DNA from: Narcine bancroftii
Lineage: Eukaryota
Reading direction: 5' to 3'
Assembly: GCF_036971445.1 (NCBI RefSeq)
Contig: NC_091476.1
Coordinates: 141,918,001 to 141,982,000, forward strand
DNA: 64,000 nt
The translations under genes were made by a program, and so were the position numbers. Position 1 is the first letter of the stretch. Each line of letters starts with the position of its first letter. Shown piece by piece: positions 49,956 through 62,399 of the stretch. The notes under the pieces are model-generated. The model was not told the DNA's origin and did no database searches. It worked only from the letters and a program-made list of their open reading frames with translations.

Positions 49956-52679
49956 ACAGTTCCATTGCTATCAAGAAGTCTCAAAATGCTTCAGGGGTTT
50001 TATTGGTTCTTCAGGACAGAGCTACTCAAATTTGCAGTTTCGTCCAATGTATTGGTTGGTGCAGAAAGTGGACAGGTTCACTTGTGCCCTTCTCTGAAGG
50101 GAGGTATGTTATCCTTGCCAAGTTGGCCAACATGTGGCTCCAGACCCCAACAATGCAATTGCTTCCACTCTCTGATATTACCCATAGTTGAAAGTCGGTC
50201 ATCCAACAATGTCCAACCTGGAGAAAGAATACTAAAATTGTGAACCGATTATATTAGTACAGTGTGAAGCACAAAAGTTTGTAGACGCTGTGCTTGTAGT
50301 AAAAACACAAAAATGCTGGAGGAATTCAGCTGGTCTCGCAGCATACATGGAAGAAAGGGCACGGGCTCGAAACCCCCTTTAGTCACCGTGGGACCTGCTG
50401 AGCTTCTTCAGCAATTCTGGGTTTTTACAACATTAGCATGATTGCCAGTTAAAATTAAACCATAACACAAAAAAAAACAAACTGCTAGAAGAACTCAGCG
50501 GGTCAGCAGCATCTGTGGAAACAGAGACATAGTTGATGTTTCGAGCTGAGATCATGAACCAGGACCCAAATATCAGGAGTAACAAAAGTATCAGGAGTAA
50601 CAAAGCCATATCACCCTGGTCTGTCTGAAGATCCAGCATCACCACATTGAAAAAGGAGCAACGTCCCTACCTCAGATGTCCCAGAATCAATATTTACATC
50701 CCTTGCACCATCACCAAAATTCAGTTGTGAAAGCTCACTGTGTTCATTTTCCCTAGTCCAAAAGTATTTGATTGGTTCCTGCGAGGGATATGAAAGGTGA
50801 TGCAGAAATGCAAACTTTTGTTATCCCTGTAATCCAATGACTGTATTACCAGTATATTTAGCTCTTGAGGTAAGCCACGTTACATTGGGATTTTAAAAAC
50901 CATTTTGTCTCTTATGTAAGTCAAGTGTCTGCTGTGAGCTCTGTCATCAAAGGGCCACCAGCATTCTTCTTTGCTAGCACAGAACATGGTGTGTTGGTGT
51001 ATACAGATTAGTGCACTGTAACTCATTGTCTCACATAAACACATGCATTGGTCACTAGAAGAGAGAGTGCGCAGAATTGAGGGAGAGGGCACTCAGCACG
51101 TGTCTTGCTGAAATGGCTTGTTTTTGGGGACGTGCTGGGCAGGTTGCAGTAATTCAGCGCGCGGCTCAGAGTCTCTGGGCTCAGAGCGAAAAAGCAAAAA
51201 AAAAACCTGTGCTGCTTTTGGTATGCATTACAACACTTCTGCAGCAATCGACTGTAGGCAGACATCACGTTTGGCAGAGCAAGCTGAATTATTTATTCAT
51301 GTTGGGCTGTGTTTTGTTGTGGACTGCATGGAGAGGGATGAGAGAGAGGTTGCTTCAGTCCACTTACAGCTGAAGTCTTAATAGAATACAGATGTCAGCT
51401 ATGCTCAATGCAGTTTCTTTGCTGTGGAACAGAAGGTTTACAACTAAAAATATTATCAAAAGAGCTGTGCTGTTCAATTTATAATAATCATTCATTCCAG
51501 ATTAATTTAATAGAGGTTAATCTATTATGAAATATTATCAGTTCAACCCCTCTGCATTTACAAAAAAAGCACAATTAGAAATACATGGGTTGATTTGGAA
51601 GAATTGCATATTTGTCAATCACAGTTTCCAACTCCCCCGCCTCACTCCACCCCATCCTCTTTCCATTGTAATGTTCAGAAGTGTACCTCTGATGAGCTGA
51701 AGCCACTGCAGATTGTCATGGTTACAGGAACCTCTACTTGGGACTGCTGGAGCTGGTGACTGCAGACATGCACGGAGGTTGCTGCCTTTTGATCTTAAAT
51801 TGAGGTTTCTCAAACATCATAATAACTGCACACAGGAAGGCTTGAAGTAGAGCCAGGCTCTTTGGTATGGCACTCAATGCAACCAGAGTAGAAAGGTCTG
51901 GGCGGGCCACAGGGAGTAGAGCGGTGCAGCATTTCACCAAGCCCAGCCTGGGAATGGGAAGGAAACGATGTCCCATTCCTTTCCAAAGATTTACCTCTGG
52001 GGAAATAGGCAGGGTTAAGATTAGCTGTTCCACTTCATGCCGCCAGGTTTTCTGCTCCTGATGTTTTCACAAAGGCATCCAGTGAAGAATCCCATCACAC
52101 AGACTTTAGTCCTGTGTCATTAGTCATTGCCTTCGGGGAGTATGGAGGAGGAAGTCTCTTCAAAGTTTATTAATGATCAGTTATTCTTACATGAGCACAA
52201 GAACTTTTATCTGCTAACTCTGCATTTTAGTGGGTTGAAATAACGTCACTTTGCAGAACGGGGTGTGTGCAGAGTCACACAGCTCAGAAATGCCCACTAT
52301 ATCCACTCTGACCATCAATTATAACGTTGCATTAATCCCATTTACCTGCACTTGGTCCAGACCCTTCTTTGTCTTGGCTAGACACTTGGGTATCCTGACA
52401 GATTCTGCTTCTACCTACCACTCAGCAATTGTGTTCCTGATTCTAACCATACTCGAGTTCAAAAACATCTTGCTCTGATCTCTGTAAAACTTTCTCCCCC
52501 CCCCCCCCCATTCCCCTCCCCACCCCATCCCCCATCCTAAGCCAAAGCCTTCTAGTTTTTGATACCTCTTTGTTGGGGAAATGTTTCCTGCTATCTGCTT
52601 AGTCAATGACACTAGGCATAAGCTGTCTGTGATTTAACCATGAATGTATTTGTTAAGTATTTAGTTGTTTGGCCACTTT

Positions 52680-54450
52680 GGCCACTTCCATTGACATTTT
52701 CTTGGTAAAAGTAGGCTGTCTAAGCGAATGGCTTTCAAAACGTTCTATGAAGGTATGATGAGTGGGGCAGATAGAGGGGAACAGGTGGATGTTGTGTACT
52801 GGATTTCCAGAAGGTACCACATAAAAGACTTGTCCATTAAATAAAGGATGCATCGAGTAGGGGGGGGGGGGGGTAATGTATTAGCATGGATAGAGGATTG
52901 GTTAAGCAAGAGAGTTGGGATGGCAAAGAGAGTTGGCAATCAGTGCAAAGAGGAGTTCCACAGGGGTCAGTATTTGGTCTACAACTCTTCACAATGTACA
53001 TTAAAGATTTGGAAGAAGTGCAGAGTAAGTTTGCCGATGATGTTAAATTGTGCAGAGGATGCTAAGAGTCTGCAGAGAAATATAGAAATGTTAAGTGAGT
53101 GGGCAGGGGTCAGGCAGAGGGAATACAATGTTGGTAAATGTGAGGCCATACACTTTGGAAGGAAACTAAAAGATCAGATTATTATTTAATTAGCATCATT
53201 CCACTGCACAGGGGGACAGAGGAGTGAATCCTGAAAGATCGGGGTTTGCAGATGCAACAGGTTATCAACAGGGCAAATGAAATGTTATCCTTAATTGCTG
53301 GAGACAATTAATTTAAGAGCGGGGAGGATCTGATACAACTGATGAGGCTACACTTGGAGAACTGCGTGAAGTGATCTGCTAGCTTTGGAGGCGCTGCAGA
53401 GGAGATTCACCAGGCCAGTTCTGGAGAGGAGGGGGTTAGCCTATGAGGAGATGTTAAGTTGAGTTGCCTGGGACTGTACTCACTGCAATTCAGAAGAATG
53501 AGAGGGGATCTTACAGAAATATATTAAATTACGAAAGGGATAGATAAGACAGAGAAAGAAAAATGGTCTCCTCTGGTAGGTGAGACCAGAACTCAGGCAC
53601 ATCGCGTCAAAGTGCTGGAAAGTAGGTTTAGGATGGAGATGAGGCAGAACTGCTTTTCTCAGAGAGTGGTGAATCTGTGGAATTTTCTGCCCAAGGAAGC
53701 AGTAAAGGCTGCCTCATTGAATGTTTTTAAGACACAGGTAGAAAGAGTTTTTGCATGGTTGGGAAATTTGGGGTTATGGGAAAAAGCAAGTAGGTGGAGC
53801 TGAGTCAACAACCAGATCATAAGAGAGAGGAGCAGAATTAGGCTGTTGAGGCCATCAAGCCTGTTCAGCCATTAAAATCATAACTGATGTATTCTTCCTT
53901 TCAATCCCATTTTCTTATTAATCAAGAAACTATCAGCCTCTGCTTTAAATCTATCCACTATCTTGGCCTCTACAGCCTTCCATGGCAATGAATTCCACAG
54001 ATTCATTGCCCTCTGGCTTAAGAAATTTTAAATTTAAATTTGAATTTTACATTTAATTTTAAATTTAGACATACAACACGATAACACACCATTTTGACCC
54101 AAGAGCCCGTGCCACCCAGATAACCTACACAACTGGTATGTTTCGAACAACTGGGTAGAAACTGGAGCCCCAGGGGAGGAGCCCATGCAAACACTGGGAG
54201 AACATACAAACTCCTTACAAACAGCATGGGATTCAAATCCTGGTCGTGATAGCTTGTGCTGTAACAGCATTGTGCTAACCTGTATGCTAACTGTACTGTA
54301 CGCTAATTCCTCATCTCTGTTCTGAAGAGATGACCTTTTGCTTTGAGGCTGTGCCTTCTGGTCCCAGACTCTCCTACGGTCATGACCTTATTGAATAGCG
54401 GAGCAGGCACTGTGGGACGTATTCCTGCTCTGAATTCTTATGCTCTTATC
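52680..54450 (+). mobile_element. CR1-like LINE (RT to 3' end), with an antisense CR1 piece (~53820-54375) and a V-SINE nested inside
   Basis: GGAGTTCCACAGGGGTCAGTA (GVPQGS), AAGTTTGCCGATGAT (KFADD), FSQRVVNLWN.LP; terminus resumes at 54378-54450 with a TCTTATG tail. Confidence 0.87.
54022..54295 (-). mobile_element. V-SINE with (TTTAAA)n tail
   Basis: GGGAGAACATACAAACTCCTTACA..GGGATTCAAATCC..GCTAAC. Confidence 0.85.
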
Positions 54451-55059
54451 CAGGAGTATGCCAAGTGTACACCAAGTCCTGTTCAAACCCGTTTCAAAAA
54501 AAAGCCATGGCATGTAACGTGATATGAAGTGATTGTGATGCACTGGTTTCCAGTGCAAGTCATATGGCTAATACATTTTCCACCTGTCTCTGAGTTTACA
54601 TCAGACATATATTGGCCCCCTTTCATTTTATGTATTGAAAGCATGCTGTTTTCCATACTCCAAGTCTTGGTTTTGCTTTCTCTCTGTGCTGTTTTCCTTT
54701 TACTTCCTCATTTTTTTTGTATCGTTTTTCCTCTAATCGTCTCTTCCTTGAATATTCCATCCCCCACTCATTCCCCAGCACCCCCCCCCCCCCCCAAATC
54801 ATGTGCCTTAATTTTCTCTTCTTTCTGATATGGGCTTCTTCATATTTTGGGGTATTGTGATTCCAATATTTAACGAAACAGTAGCATTAGACTTTGCTCA
54901 GTTAGGTTGGAATTGACCTCGAGAGTGGAAGCCATGAGCAATAAGGGGCAGTTCAGGAAGAAAGTGGTCATCATTCTAAGTATTTGAGACACCCCAAGCC
55001 TAACATTCTCACCTTGCATTGTCACTGAACTGATTGTCTGCCTTCATTAATGATTACGA

Positions 55060-56100
55060 TTATGGAGTCATGGAATGTGGAAACAGGCCCTTTGGCCCAA
55101 CTTCCCCATGCTGACCTAAATGGCCTACTCACACTGTGATTAATCCAACCTGCCTGCATTTGGCCCACATCCCTCTAAAACACATCGTATCCACGTATCT
55201 GTCCAATTTTTTCTTAAACATTGCAATAGTACCTGCCTCCACTACCTTCTCCACACACCCACCACCCTCTGTGTAAGAAAAAGTGACCCCTCAGGTTACT
55301 GTTAAATATATCCACCCCCACTTTAAACCAATGATCTCTGGTTACCGATTCGGCTAGTCTGGGGGGAAAAAAAACTCACCCTATTTATTCTTCTCATGAT
55401 TTTCGATCCCTTCATCCTTTTGCCCTCCATAAATGAAGCACCAGCCTGCTCAACTTCTCCCGATAGGCTCTGAGTCCTGGCAACATCCTTGAAAATCTTC
55501 TTTGCTGCTTGACAACATTTTTCCTATATCACATATCACCGTGATGAAAATTGAACAAACGGGACGTCACCAACATCTTATATACTGCAATATTCAGTAC
55601 TCTGATGAGGGTGAAGGAGCCAAAAGCCTTTTTGACACCCCCTCTCTACCTGTAACTCCACTTTGACAGTTCTATGTACCTGTATTCCTAGATCCATCTG
55701 CTCTGCAACACTCCGCAGTTCCCCACTATTTACTGCGTAGGTCCAACCATGCTAGATTTTCCAAACTGCAACACCTCACGTTTCTTTGTATTAAATTCCA
55801 TCAACCATTCCTCTGTCCACCCATGTAACCAATTAAAATCCTTCTGAAATCTTTAACAACCATCTTCACTGTCTATGATACCAAACATTTTAATTTCATC
55901 TGCAAATTTGCTAATCATCCCTCACCCTGAATTATTGATATAGATGACTGACAGCAATGGCATCAGCATCAAACCCTTAGGCACACCACTAGTCACAGGT
56001 CTCCAGTCCAAAAACCACCTTTCACCATCACTCACTACTTTCTACCATGAAGCCAATGTTCTATCCAATCTGCAGTCTCACCTTGACACCATGTGAACAT
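55060..56100 (-). mobile_element. CR1-like LINE fragment
   Basis: GGAAACAGGCCCTTTGGCCCAAC terminus; TCATCTGCAAATTTG (KFAD); CCCTTAGGCACACC (GVP.G). Confidence 0.85.
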
Positions 56101-57373
56101 TTCACACAAGTAGCTGCTGTAAAATTACCAGTCTCTCTCTTCTGTCTGGTCTTGGAAGGGGGTTGGGAGCTCAGCGTGGCGGCCAAGCAGGACTTGGATT
56201 GTCAATGGATCTTAGCAGGAAATCTGCTCCCTGCTTCCTTCCCACACCCACCGTGCTTGTACATGATCCAGCTTTGGATGCCACTTGCTAGAAAGTCTCT
56301 GCCACACCATGTGCCTGACTGCCATTCTCACAGGCAGTCCTACAGTGCGTTGTCAAGTGATCAAGGAGCTGTAAATGTGAACCTTAACTCATTTAATTAA
56401 CTGAACCAAAGTTTCACAGTCATAGAAAAGGCTGCGGGAGAGCAACATCCTGAACTGGTGGAAATGTGTTTCAGTATCTGATGAGAACAGGTGCATAATC
56501 TTTGGGGGTGCCTTGGAGGATAATGGTTCTTCTTTCTCCAGGCTACCTTGTGAACTTGGCTCTACACTCATTCTTTGACTTCCACTTTCATCTGGCCTGG
56601 ATGCCTCGATGCAAGGCTGAGAGGGGTTAGCACCTGGAGTGAAGACCCTCCTTCGCAGCACCATGCCAATGGAAGCTCCCTGGTGTGGGAGATTTGGAAG
56701 GAGCTGTGGGTCCATTCGCCAAACATGCTGGTGATATGAAGATAGGTGCGAAAGCAAGTTGTGAGGAGCACACTGAAAAACAGCAATAGAATGTGGGTTG
56801 ATCAAGCAAGTGGGAAAATGGTAGACGATTCACTAGTCTGAAAAGTAGAAAGTCAAATTGCTATTAAAATGGAGACGGGCAACAAAATGCTGTGATAAAG
56901 AATGTCTGGGGTTCCATGCACATGGAACAGAAAGGTAGCATGCAGCAGGCAGGTAAATGAAGTGTTGAATTTATTGCAAAGGGAATGGAACACAAATGCA
57001 GAGAGATGTTGCTACAACTGAACAATGTGGTGAAGAGACCACACCTGATAAATCACGTACAGTTTTGCTCGTCTTATGGAAGTTGTTGATGGTTGTGCTT
57101 TAGGGATTGTTTACAGAAGCTCCACTACATTGGTCTCTGGAATGAAATGGGTGTATAGAAGTTATGTTTGGGACAAAGATATATTTTTTCTCTTTTATTG
57201 CTCCTGTGCTTCACAGTTTTAAAATTGTAATCAAACCATTCATGTGGGATTAAAATGCACATTCCAGATTTTATTTAAGCTAATTTGCATAGATTTTGGT
57301 TTGACCATGTAGAAATTACAGCACTTTTTATGCACAATCCCCTCATTTCAGGGCACCTTAATGTTTGGGACAT

Positions 57374-57473
57374 TTGGCATCACAGGTGTTTTTAAGTACT
57401 GAGGTATGTTTAATTACTTCATTGGCATCACAGGTGTTTTTAAGTACTGAGGTATGTTTAATTACTTCATTGG
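57374..57473 (+). repeat. Perfect 48-bp tandem duplication inside the Tc1 left end
   Basis: TTGGCATCACAGGTGTTTTTAAGTACTGAGGTATGTTTAATTACTTCA x2; single copy in the 8394-9004 element. Confidence 0.95.
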
Positions 57474-58161
57474 GGCAGGTATAAGAGAGCTAGGCTTGCT
57501 TCTAAGCTTTTGATCACCTTTGAAGTCTATAATTGCCATTTTTCAACATGAGGACCAGAGTTGTGCCAATGAAAGTCAAAAAGGCCTATAATGAGGCTGA
57601 AAAACAAGAATAAACTTGTAAGAAACATCGTCCTAGCCTTTGAATTACCAAAATCAACTATTTGGAACACCTGTAAGAAGAAAGAGCGTACTGCTGAGCT
57701 CAGCAATTGTGAAGGGGCTGATTGGCCAAGACAGACCTTCACTGCTGATGGCAGAAGAATTCTCATCATAATGAAGAAAAATCTCCAAATGTATGTCCAA
57801 CAGATTAGAAACATTGTTCAGGAGGCAGATGTAGATGAGTCAACGACTACTGTCCGCAGAAGGCTTAATGAACAGAAATACAGAGGCTATTAGCAAGATA
57901 TAAGATGTAACATCTGCAAGATGCAAACCACTATTAGCCACAGAAACAGGATGGCCAGATTACAGTTTGCCAAGAAGTTTTTAAAAGAACCTGCAGTATT
58001 CTGGAAAAAGGCGTAAATGAACTTCCCAAGATCCGAAGCATACCACCTCGTTTATGTGGTGTTATGGCCTGGGCGTGTATGGCTGCCACAGGTACTGGCG
58101 CACTTATCTTTACTGCTGCTGGCAGTAGCAAAATGAATTCTAAGGTGTATAGAAACATCTT

Positions 58162-58350
58162 TTATTTCAAATTTCAGATTTATTGTCAGAGAATATACAT
58201 AACATCACATACAACCGTGAGATTCTTTCCTGCGGACCAGGCAGAATTACTACTTATTGGTAGTGCAATAAAAAAAAACTGTACACATGTAAATAAGTAA
58301 AGAAATGTAAACAGCTGAATGTGCAATACAGAGATAAAATAAACAATCAA
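58162..58350 (-). mobile_element. Rex1/Babar-like tail inserted in the Tc1 transposase
   Basis: TTTCAGATTTATTGTCAGAG..CATACAACC.TGAGATT matches 33885-34050; the transposase resumes after it. Confidence 0.85.
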
Positions 58351-59149
58351 TGTAGTGCTCAAGTTCGAGCAAATGCCTCCAAACTCACCGGACGATGCTT
58401 CATCCTACAGCAAAACAATAATACCAAACATACTGTTAAAGCAATAAAGGAGTTTTTCAAAACTAAAAATTGGTAACTTCTTGAGAGACCAAATCAGTCA
58501 TCCAATCTAAATCCAATTGATCACACCTTCCATATGCTGAAGCGAAAACTGAAGGGGACAAGTCCCCAAAACAAACAGGAGCTGAAAATGGCTACAGTAG
58601 AGGCCCGGCAGAGCATCACCAGAGAAGATACTCAGTACTTGGTGATGTCAATGAATCACAGACTTCAAGCAGTCATTGTATGCAAGGGATATGCCACAAA
58701 GTACTAAACAAGACTACTTTAATATATATACCACTGAGATGCCCCAAACCGTATGGTGCCCTGAAATTGGGGAACTATATATAACAAATGCTATAATTTC
58801 TACATGGTCAAACCAAAATGCACACAAATACCCTTTAATAAAATCTACAATGTGCACTTTAATCACATATGAATTTGTTTGTCTACAAATTTAAAATGTG
58901 AAGCACAGGTGCAAATAAAGGAAAAAAAATGCCTTTATCCCAATCATTATGGAGGGCACTGTACCTGGTTGGGCAGATACTCATTGGACTTAGTATGTGA
59001 AGAATTAGTGGATATCATAATAAAATTTAAAGAATTCTAATAGGTTTTGACAGGGTCCATGCCAAGAAAATGTTTCTCCTGTTTCGGAAATCTTGAACCA
59101 AGGGACTTCGTTTCATTGAACTTAAGAGATTAAATAGAAATCTAGTAAA

Positions 59150-59725
59150 AAAAAAATCCTTGAAAGTGGCTCCACATGTTGACAAAGTGGTGAGAAAGAC
59201 AGAAGGCACACTAGCCTTCATTGGATGGTCATTGAGTACAAATGTCGGGACATCATGTTACAGGATATTGGTGAGACGGTGCCTGGAATGCAGTTCTGGT
59301 CTCTGTACTATAAGAACCATGTGATGAAGCTGGACAAAGTGCAGAAAAATTTCCCAAGGATGTTGCCATGTTTGGAAGGCTTGAGGACATACTGGAGCAA
59401 AGCAGGCTGAGGGTGACCTTAAAGGGATCATGAAGGGCATCAATAGGTGCATGGTTTCGTATTTTTTCTTGGGTAGTGGAGTTTAAAACTCGAAGCCAGA
59501 GGTTTATGGTGAGCGTGGAAAGATTGAAAATGGATCAAGGGGCAACTATTTTCCACAGAGGGTGATGGGTATGTGGAACTAGCTGCCAGGGAATGTGGTA
59601 GGAGTGGGGGTATTTAAATGATATTTGGGCAGCTTCGTGGATAAGAAGGGGTTAGAGGGATATAGGCCAAATGCAGATATATTGGATTAGGTCAGGTAGG
59701 CAGATGGGTCAGCATGGGGCTGAAG
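59150..59725 (+). mobile_element. CR1-like LINE 3' fragment
   Basis: QFWSLYYKNHVMKLDKVQKNFPRMLP (ORF 59225-59410) followed by a CR1 3' UTR. Confidence 0.85.
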
Positions 59726-59939
59726 TACTGTCTACATCCAGTTTAAAGCCACCTCTGACACATTTGGAAACAGAAGATCCTTGAGCCTGATCTACCATTC
59801 AATGCACATCGTGGTTGCACTCCTGGCTGGCTGTAAACCTGAGGCCATCCTTGCTTCATGGTGTCATGTCCTAACATCAGCCTGGATCTCAGTGATCACT
59901 CACCCTTGCTAGCTCCCCACCCTAAACACATCAAGCTCC

Positions 59940-60440
59940 ATTCTTATTCCCTCCCACATCTTCCATCCTGTACCCACCGTTCTGCTCCCTCCCCCACCCT
60001 AAACCCACCATTCTTCTCCCTTTTCACCCTGCACCCATGTTCCTCTCTCTCCCACTATCTCCCACCCTGTGCCCACTGTTACTCCCCTCTTCCACCCTGC
60101 ACCCACTGTTCCTCCCCCTCCCACCCTAAACTCACCATTCCTCCCCCTCTCCTCACCCACCTTAAATCCATTGTTCTTCTCTCTCTCCTCTCTCATCCTG
60201 TACCCACCGTTCCTCACCCCCTCCCATCCTGCACCCACCATTCTTCCACCTCTCCTCACCCACCCTAAATCCGCTGCTCTTCTCCCTCTCCTCTTCCACT
60301 GCACCCACTGTTCCTCTCCCTCTCCCACTACACCCATCATTCCTCTCCCTTTCCCACTAAGATTTCTCCTTTTTCCAATCCTGGTGTCATCAGCTAGTTC
60401 ATTTGGTTGAATAACCTCCCTCACCCTTCCCACACCGCCC
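59940..60440 (+). repeat. C/T-rich degenerate minisatellite
   Basis: Recurring CCTGCACCCAC.GTTCCTC and CCCACCCTAAA modules. Confidence 0.85.
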
Positions 60441-60655
60441 ACCTCGGCGAGACCCTGACAACTTCTCTGTGCCTCAAATTTATAGACACTTGTCTTAAAG
60501 TCTCTTCAAGTGGCTTGGCATCTTTGGGCATTTATACCACATTAAAGGTGCCACATAAACACATATTGTTGTTGTCGTAATCCTCTTTTTGGAACATTTG
60601 TAGAAATTTGAATCGGATTTTTTGGAGTGATGTATTCAGTAAAGTTCACTGGAAA

Positions 60656-61155
60656 GAAAAAAGGAATGGAGGTGGTGAAGAGGCAGAAAAGAAGTGAAAA
60701 TAAAGATAGAAGATGGCCACGTTGGACTAAATGACTATAAACATTAATGGAATATATAACCAAGTTTAAGTGTATCCCATTGGGGAAAAAAAATCACATA
60801 TAATTTAAAAGACAAAGTTATAATGATTGGGGAAACCTGGAAACCCTATATGGAACATGGCAGAAAGAGCAGGCCTAGGACTCCACCACCTAAAATGATA
60901 AGAAGATAAACACGATCAGATTTAATGTGAATAAGTAGATGATGCATTTTTTTTGTTTGTATTCCTTTTGTATAAAGATATTGTTCTATTGTATTTTATA
61001 TGTCCAATATTTACTGTTTTTGGAGGGGGGTGGGAAGGGGGAAAGGATAGATGGGGGAAAAAAGAGAAAATGTCACTGTGAATATTTAAAGAGATGCACC
61101 TGTAAATATATTGGTTGATATGGTTCATAGTGCGATAAATAAAGAATTACAAAAA
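60656..61155 (+). mobile_element. L1-clade copy with ORF2 start fused to ORF2 end and 3' UTR
   Basis: TSD AAA(G/T)TTCACTGGAAA (60641-60655, 61156-61170); MATLD*MTININGIYN (endonuclease start) then CIPL..KITYNL, G-rich tract, AATAAA and poly(A). Confidence 0.75.
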
Positions 61156-61459
61156 AAATTTCACTGGAAAACATATCATGTCCTGAATTATACAATTATT
61201 TTGGAGGTCTTCCTTACTGGGAAGCAGACATGGTAGCAAAATGGCCTCCTTCTCTATCTGATGTACAGTGAATATTTAGGGCTTGCTGTCAGCTCTCTCA
61301 CCTACCCTGAACATTCTCTTTTTCAATTTTTGCATAGTCATCGTGTTATTTACTGCTACTGCTGTCCTGTCGTATTAAGATCACTACTTTCAACCTGGAG
61401 AGGGTTGTGATCAAGAGCTAACCATCATATGGTCTCCATTGATGGCTTACATGTCCTTC

Positions 61460-61730
61460 CATTGAACATAGAACATTACAGCACAGTGCAGGCCCATCAG
61501 TCCTCGAGGTAGTGCTGACCCATATATTGCTTTTAAAAAAAGTACTCAATCCTCCCTACCCTGTAATCTTCTATTTTTCTTCCATCCAGGTGCCTAAGAG
61601 TCTCGTAAATCCCCCTAATGTTCCAGCCTCCACCACCATCTCCGGCAAGGCATTCCAGGCTCCCACAACTCTGGGTAAAAAAAACGTACCCTTGAATTTC
61701 CCTCCCTTAACTTTGACCAGATGTCCTCAG
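61460..61730 (-). mobile_element. CR1-like LINE 3' fragment
   Basis: GAACATAGAACATTACAGCACAGTGCAGGCCC; homologous to 30960-31230. Confidence 0.85.
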
Positions 61731-62399
61731 CTGTTGCTTTCTGCTTTTATTTCTTTATGCAATGTTTAAAACAAAATGACCTTCTTTTCCAATCAACTAG
61801 TGGCTAGCCACATGATGGTTAAAGGATTCATTATTTTGTTTTATTTGCACGTTAAGTCCGAATCTGTGACAGTTAAGTTACCACTGCATAAGTTTGTTTA
61901 AAATATCCTAAATAGCTTATATATTATTCAACAACCCCACCCCACCCTCACATCTGGTGTGAACTAAAAGCTGTAACCCAATCTTATAGATATTGTTCGC
62001 AAACTGCTGGACCTTCACTGTCCTGTTTCTTGACATTTAATGAGTGTCTCATTTGGGTAACAGACTCCTCATTGCTCCTGGGGATCTGTAAATCTTTGTG
62101 TTATCATGACAACATTGGCTTTATGGCAGGTGATGCCTTAAGGATATACCCAGCTGTGCTAAACCATACCACAGAAATCTGCATTCACCAAATGGTTTTA
62201 AAAATCACTCGGAGTTAAAACAAATGAATGTATGTTAATAATTTTGTGTGATTATTGGATTTTGTTGCACAGAATTGCTGGAAATGGCTCTGATCCTCCC
62301 TGCTCTGCAAAGATTATGGTGTACGGATCGACTATCATGTTACTGAGAGCTCCTTCCCATCTGCTCGGCTTGCTGCTGTAACAAAGAACACAGCATCGA

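Larger units (their letters stand above)
57160..58961 (+). mobile_element. Decayed Tc1-family (IR-DR type) transposon with transposase pseudogene
   Basis: ~200-bp TIRs with ATGTTTGGGACA repeated at outer and inner ends; right end GGAGGGCACTG|TA; HTH region (ORF 57591-57893), MAWACMAATG.G, QQNNNTKH and PNQSSNLNPIDH (decayed QDNDPKH / SPDLNPIE), C-terminus CKGYATKY*. Confidence 0.93.

Noticed and set aside
56389-56833. Overlapping minus-strand ORFs in unique-looking sequence
   Set aside because: No recognisable domain and no convincing splice-site pair.
57374-57473. Direct repeats as a possible CRISPR-like array (also 9455-9715)
   Set aside because: No unique spacers; simple tandem duplications in a eukaryotic context.
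57548-58707. Tc1 transposase as a domesticated or active gene
   Set aside because: Frameshifts, stops, deletions, a LINE insertion and altered catalytic motifs.
59858-60442. Pro/His- and Gly/Arg-rich ORFs
   Set aside because: Artefacts of a stop-poor C/T-rich minisatellite.
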